NCBI RefSeq assembly: GCF_009914755.1
Contig: NC_060947.1
Strand: one strand, 5' to 3'
DNA from: the human T2T-CHM13v2.0 reference genome, Homo sapiens
DNA: 64,000 nt
A program made the translations under genes and the position numbers. The first letter of the stretch is position 1, and every line of letters begins with the position of its first letter. Shown here piece by piece: positions 62,610 to 64,000 of the stretch. Below the pieces are notes generated by a model, which searched no databases, had not been told where the DNA came from, and was given only the letters and a program-made list of their open reading frames with translations.

Positions 62610-63149
62610 GCTTTATGATATTTCTGTATCTTTATAATATATTTACTACTTCTTTCTAGTTTCATCCTTGCCATTACCACTTGGCAAACTCCTGGTCATC
62701 CTTCAATTCTCAGTATCACCTCCTCTATGACGGCTCTTTCTCTTCCTCTCTCTCCTTACTTCTCATTGTAATTGTTTCCATGTGTAGCCATCTCTGTCCT
62801 GAAATTCTAGCTATATCTCACAGATAATAGGCATAAAGAAACAAAATTACTAAATAAAGTTGGTGACAGAGCTAGGACAACAGTATAGGCCTTTCCATTT
62901 GTCCTCTAATGTTCTTTCACTCACTATGTCCCTCACTAAGGAAATGAGATATCAGATAGGAATACCAAATGGCAGCAAAGAGATACCAATAGATACCAAA
63001 AGGCAGCACATCTCAGAAATGAGGCCGAATGGGAGCTGTGCAGAGCATGAACACTCGACAATAGTTGAAGAATACAGGAATCTAGTAAAGGATGGAACTA
63101 AGAATTACCCAAACCCTTCATTTTCCTATAATATTGTTCCTGATACACT

Positions 63150-63890
63150 TTTTTTTTTCTGGCTTCTGCAACTCCTTGCTGTCGTGATTTTCTATCTCTT
63201 CAGCTATTCCTTCTCTATCTCATTTGCTAGCTATTCCTCCTTTTCTACAACCTCCAAAATTTGGAAGAACCTCAGTCCTCAAGTCCTTTTTTCTTCTCCC
63301 TCTATATACTCTTCTAAATCATCTAAGTAGCAACCATTCCCAAATCTCTGTATCTACCCAAGATCTCTCTCTGTGCTCCTAATCCACATATCTAACTTCC
63401 TATTTAGTCCTTTCATTCAGATATCTTACAGAGACTTCAAACTCAGCATGTCCAAAGTATACTGCATCATCTGCTTCCAGGGTTGCCCAAGTTAGTCAGT
63501 GGCACCATCATATATCAGGTGCCCAAGCCAGAGACGGCAAGTCAGCTTTGACTCCTCTTCCTCCTTTACTTCCTTTATCTAATCATCAAACCCTATCCTT
63601 TCTAATTCCTAATTCACTTCTGTTGCTCTCTGCTGACACTGATCTATCCTAGCCATCAATATCCATACTGAACAATGGCAATGGCCTCCCAATTCTCCCC
63701 ATATCCAAATGTGTTCCTTCCTATACTATAGCCATACTGTAGCCAAAAAAAAACAACCTTTAAAAATGGTGATCTGATCACATGCCTTAGGATGGCATCC
63801 ACATCTTCAAGATAAACCCCAAATCCTTGCCTTGTCTTAAAAGTCCCATCAAAATCTTGCCTTTATTTCCTGTGAACCTCTTGAGCTCTC
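63150..63890 (+). mobile_element. L2 remnant
   Basis: CTTCAAACTCAGCATGTCCAAA, GGCACCATC...CAAGCCAGA, pyrimidine-rich L2 signature. Confidence 0.65.
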
Positions 63891-64000
63891 AATGGTGTGT
63901 ATAAGAAATATGAATAGCTTTAGTACTTTTTCGAGTCTGGCAAAAAGAGCAAGTATGTTTTTTATATTTCCTAATAAGATTCAATGACTCTGCCTACTAT

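Noticed and set aside
62860-63330. 156-aa ORF with a hydrophilic middle and hydrophobic tail
   Set aside because: Non-ATG start, an internal ATACCAAA(T/A)GGCAGCA repeat, 3' half in pyrimidine-rich L2 sequence, and no splice or promoter support; PhyloCSF or Ribo-seq would be decisive.

Overview
Human genomic DNA, recognisably the CASK locus on Xp11.4. The window lies inside CASK (minus strand) and contains two coding exons of its CaMK-like domain: exon 4 (44463-44540) and exon 5 (38323-38395). Nested antisense in CASK intron 5 is the complete orphan P2Y-like GPCR gene GPR82 (+ strand): inferred UTR exons at ~23097-23229 and 25713-25783, and a single-exon CDS at 25967-26977. Other content: an RPS15A processed pseudogene (47122-47602); a ~9.5-kb ERV block (9505-19025) made of a MER21-type ERVL provirus that appears to be a tandem LTR-int-LTR-int-LTR(remnant) structure, with four nested solo LTRs, an Alu and an adjacent LTR10C; about 33 Alus; and old L1, L2, MIR, MLT1 and DNA-transposon remnants. 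I find no credible new protein-coding system; nearly all other ORFs in the track are repeat-derived. The most unusual observations are the tandem provirus, a 93-bp duplication joining two Alus of different subfamilies, a strong splice acceptor at the front of the GPR82 'first' exon, and a GPR82 start-codon architecture that looks translation-limiting. Repeat family names come from recalled consensus sequences, not database searches, and old-repeat boundaries are approximate.
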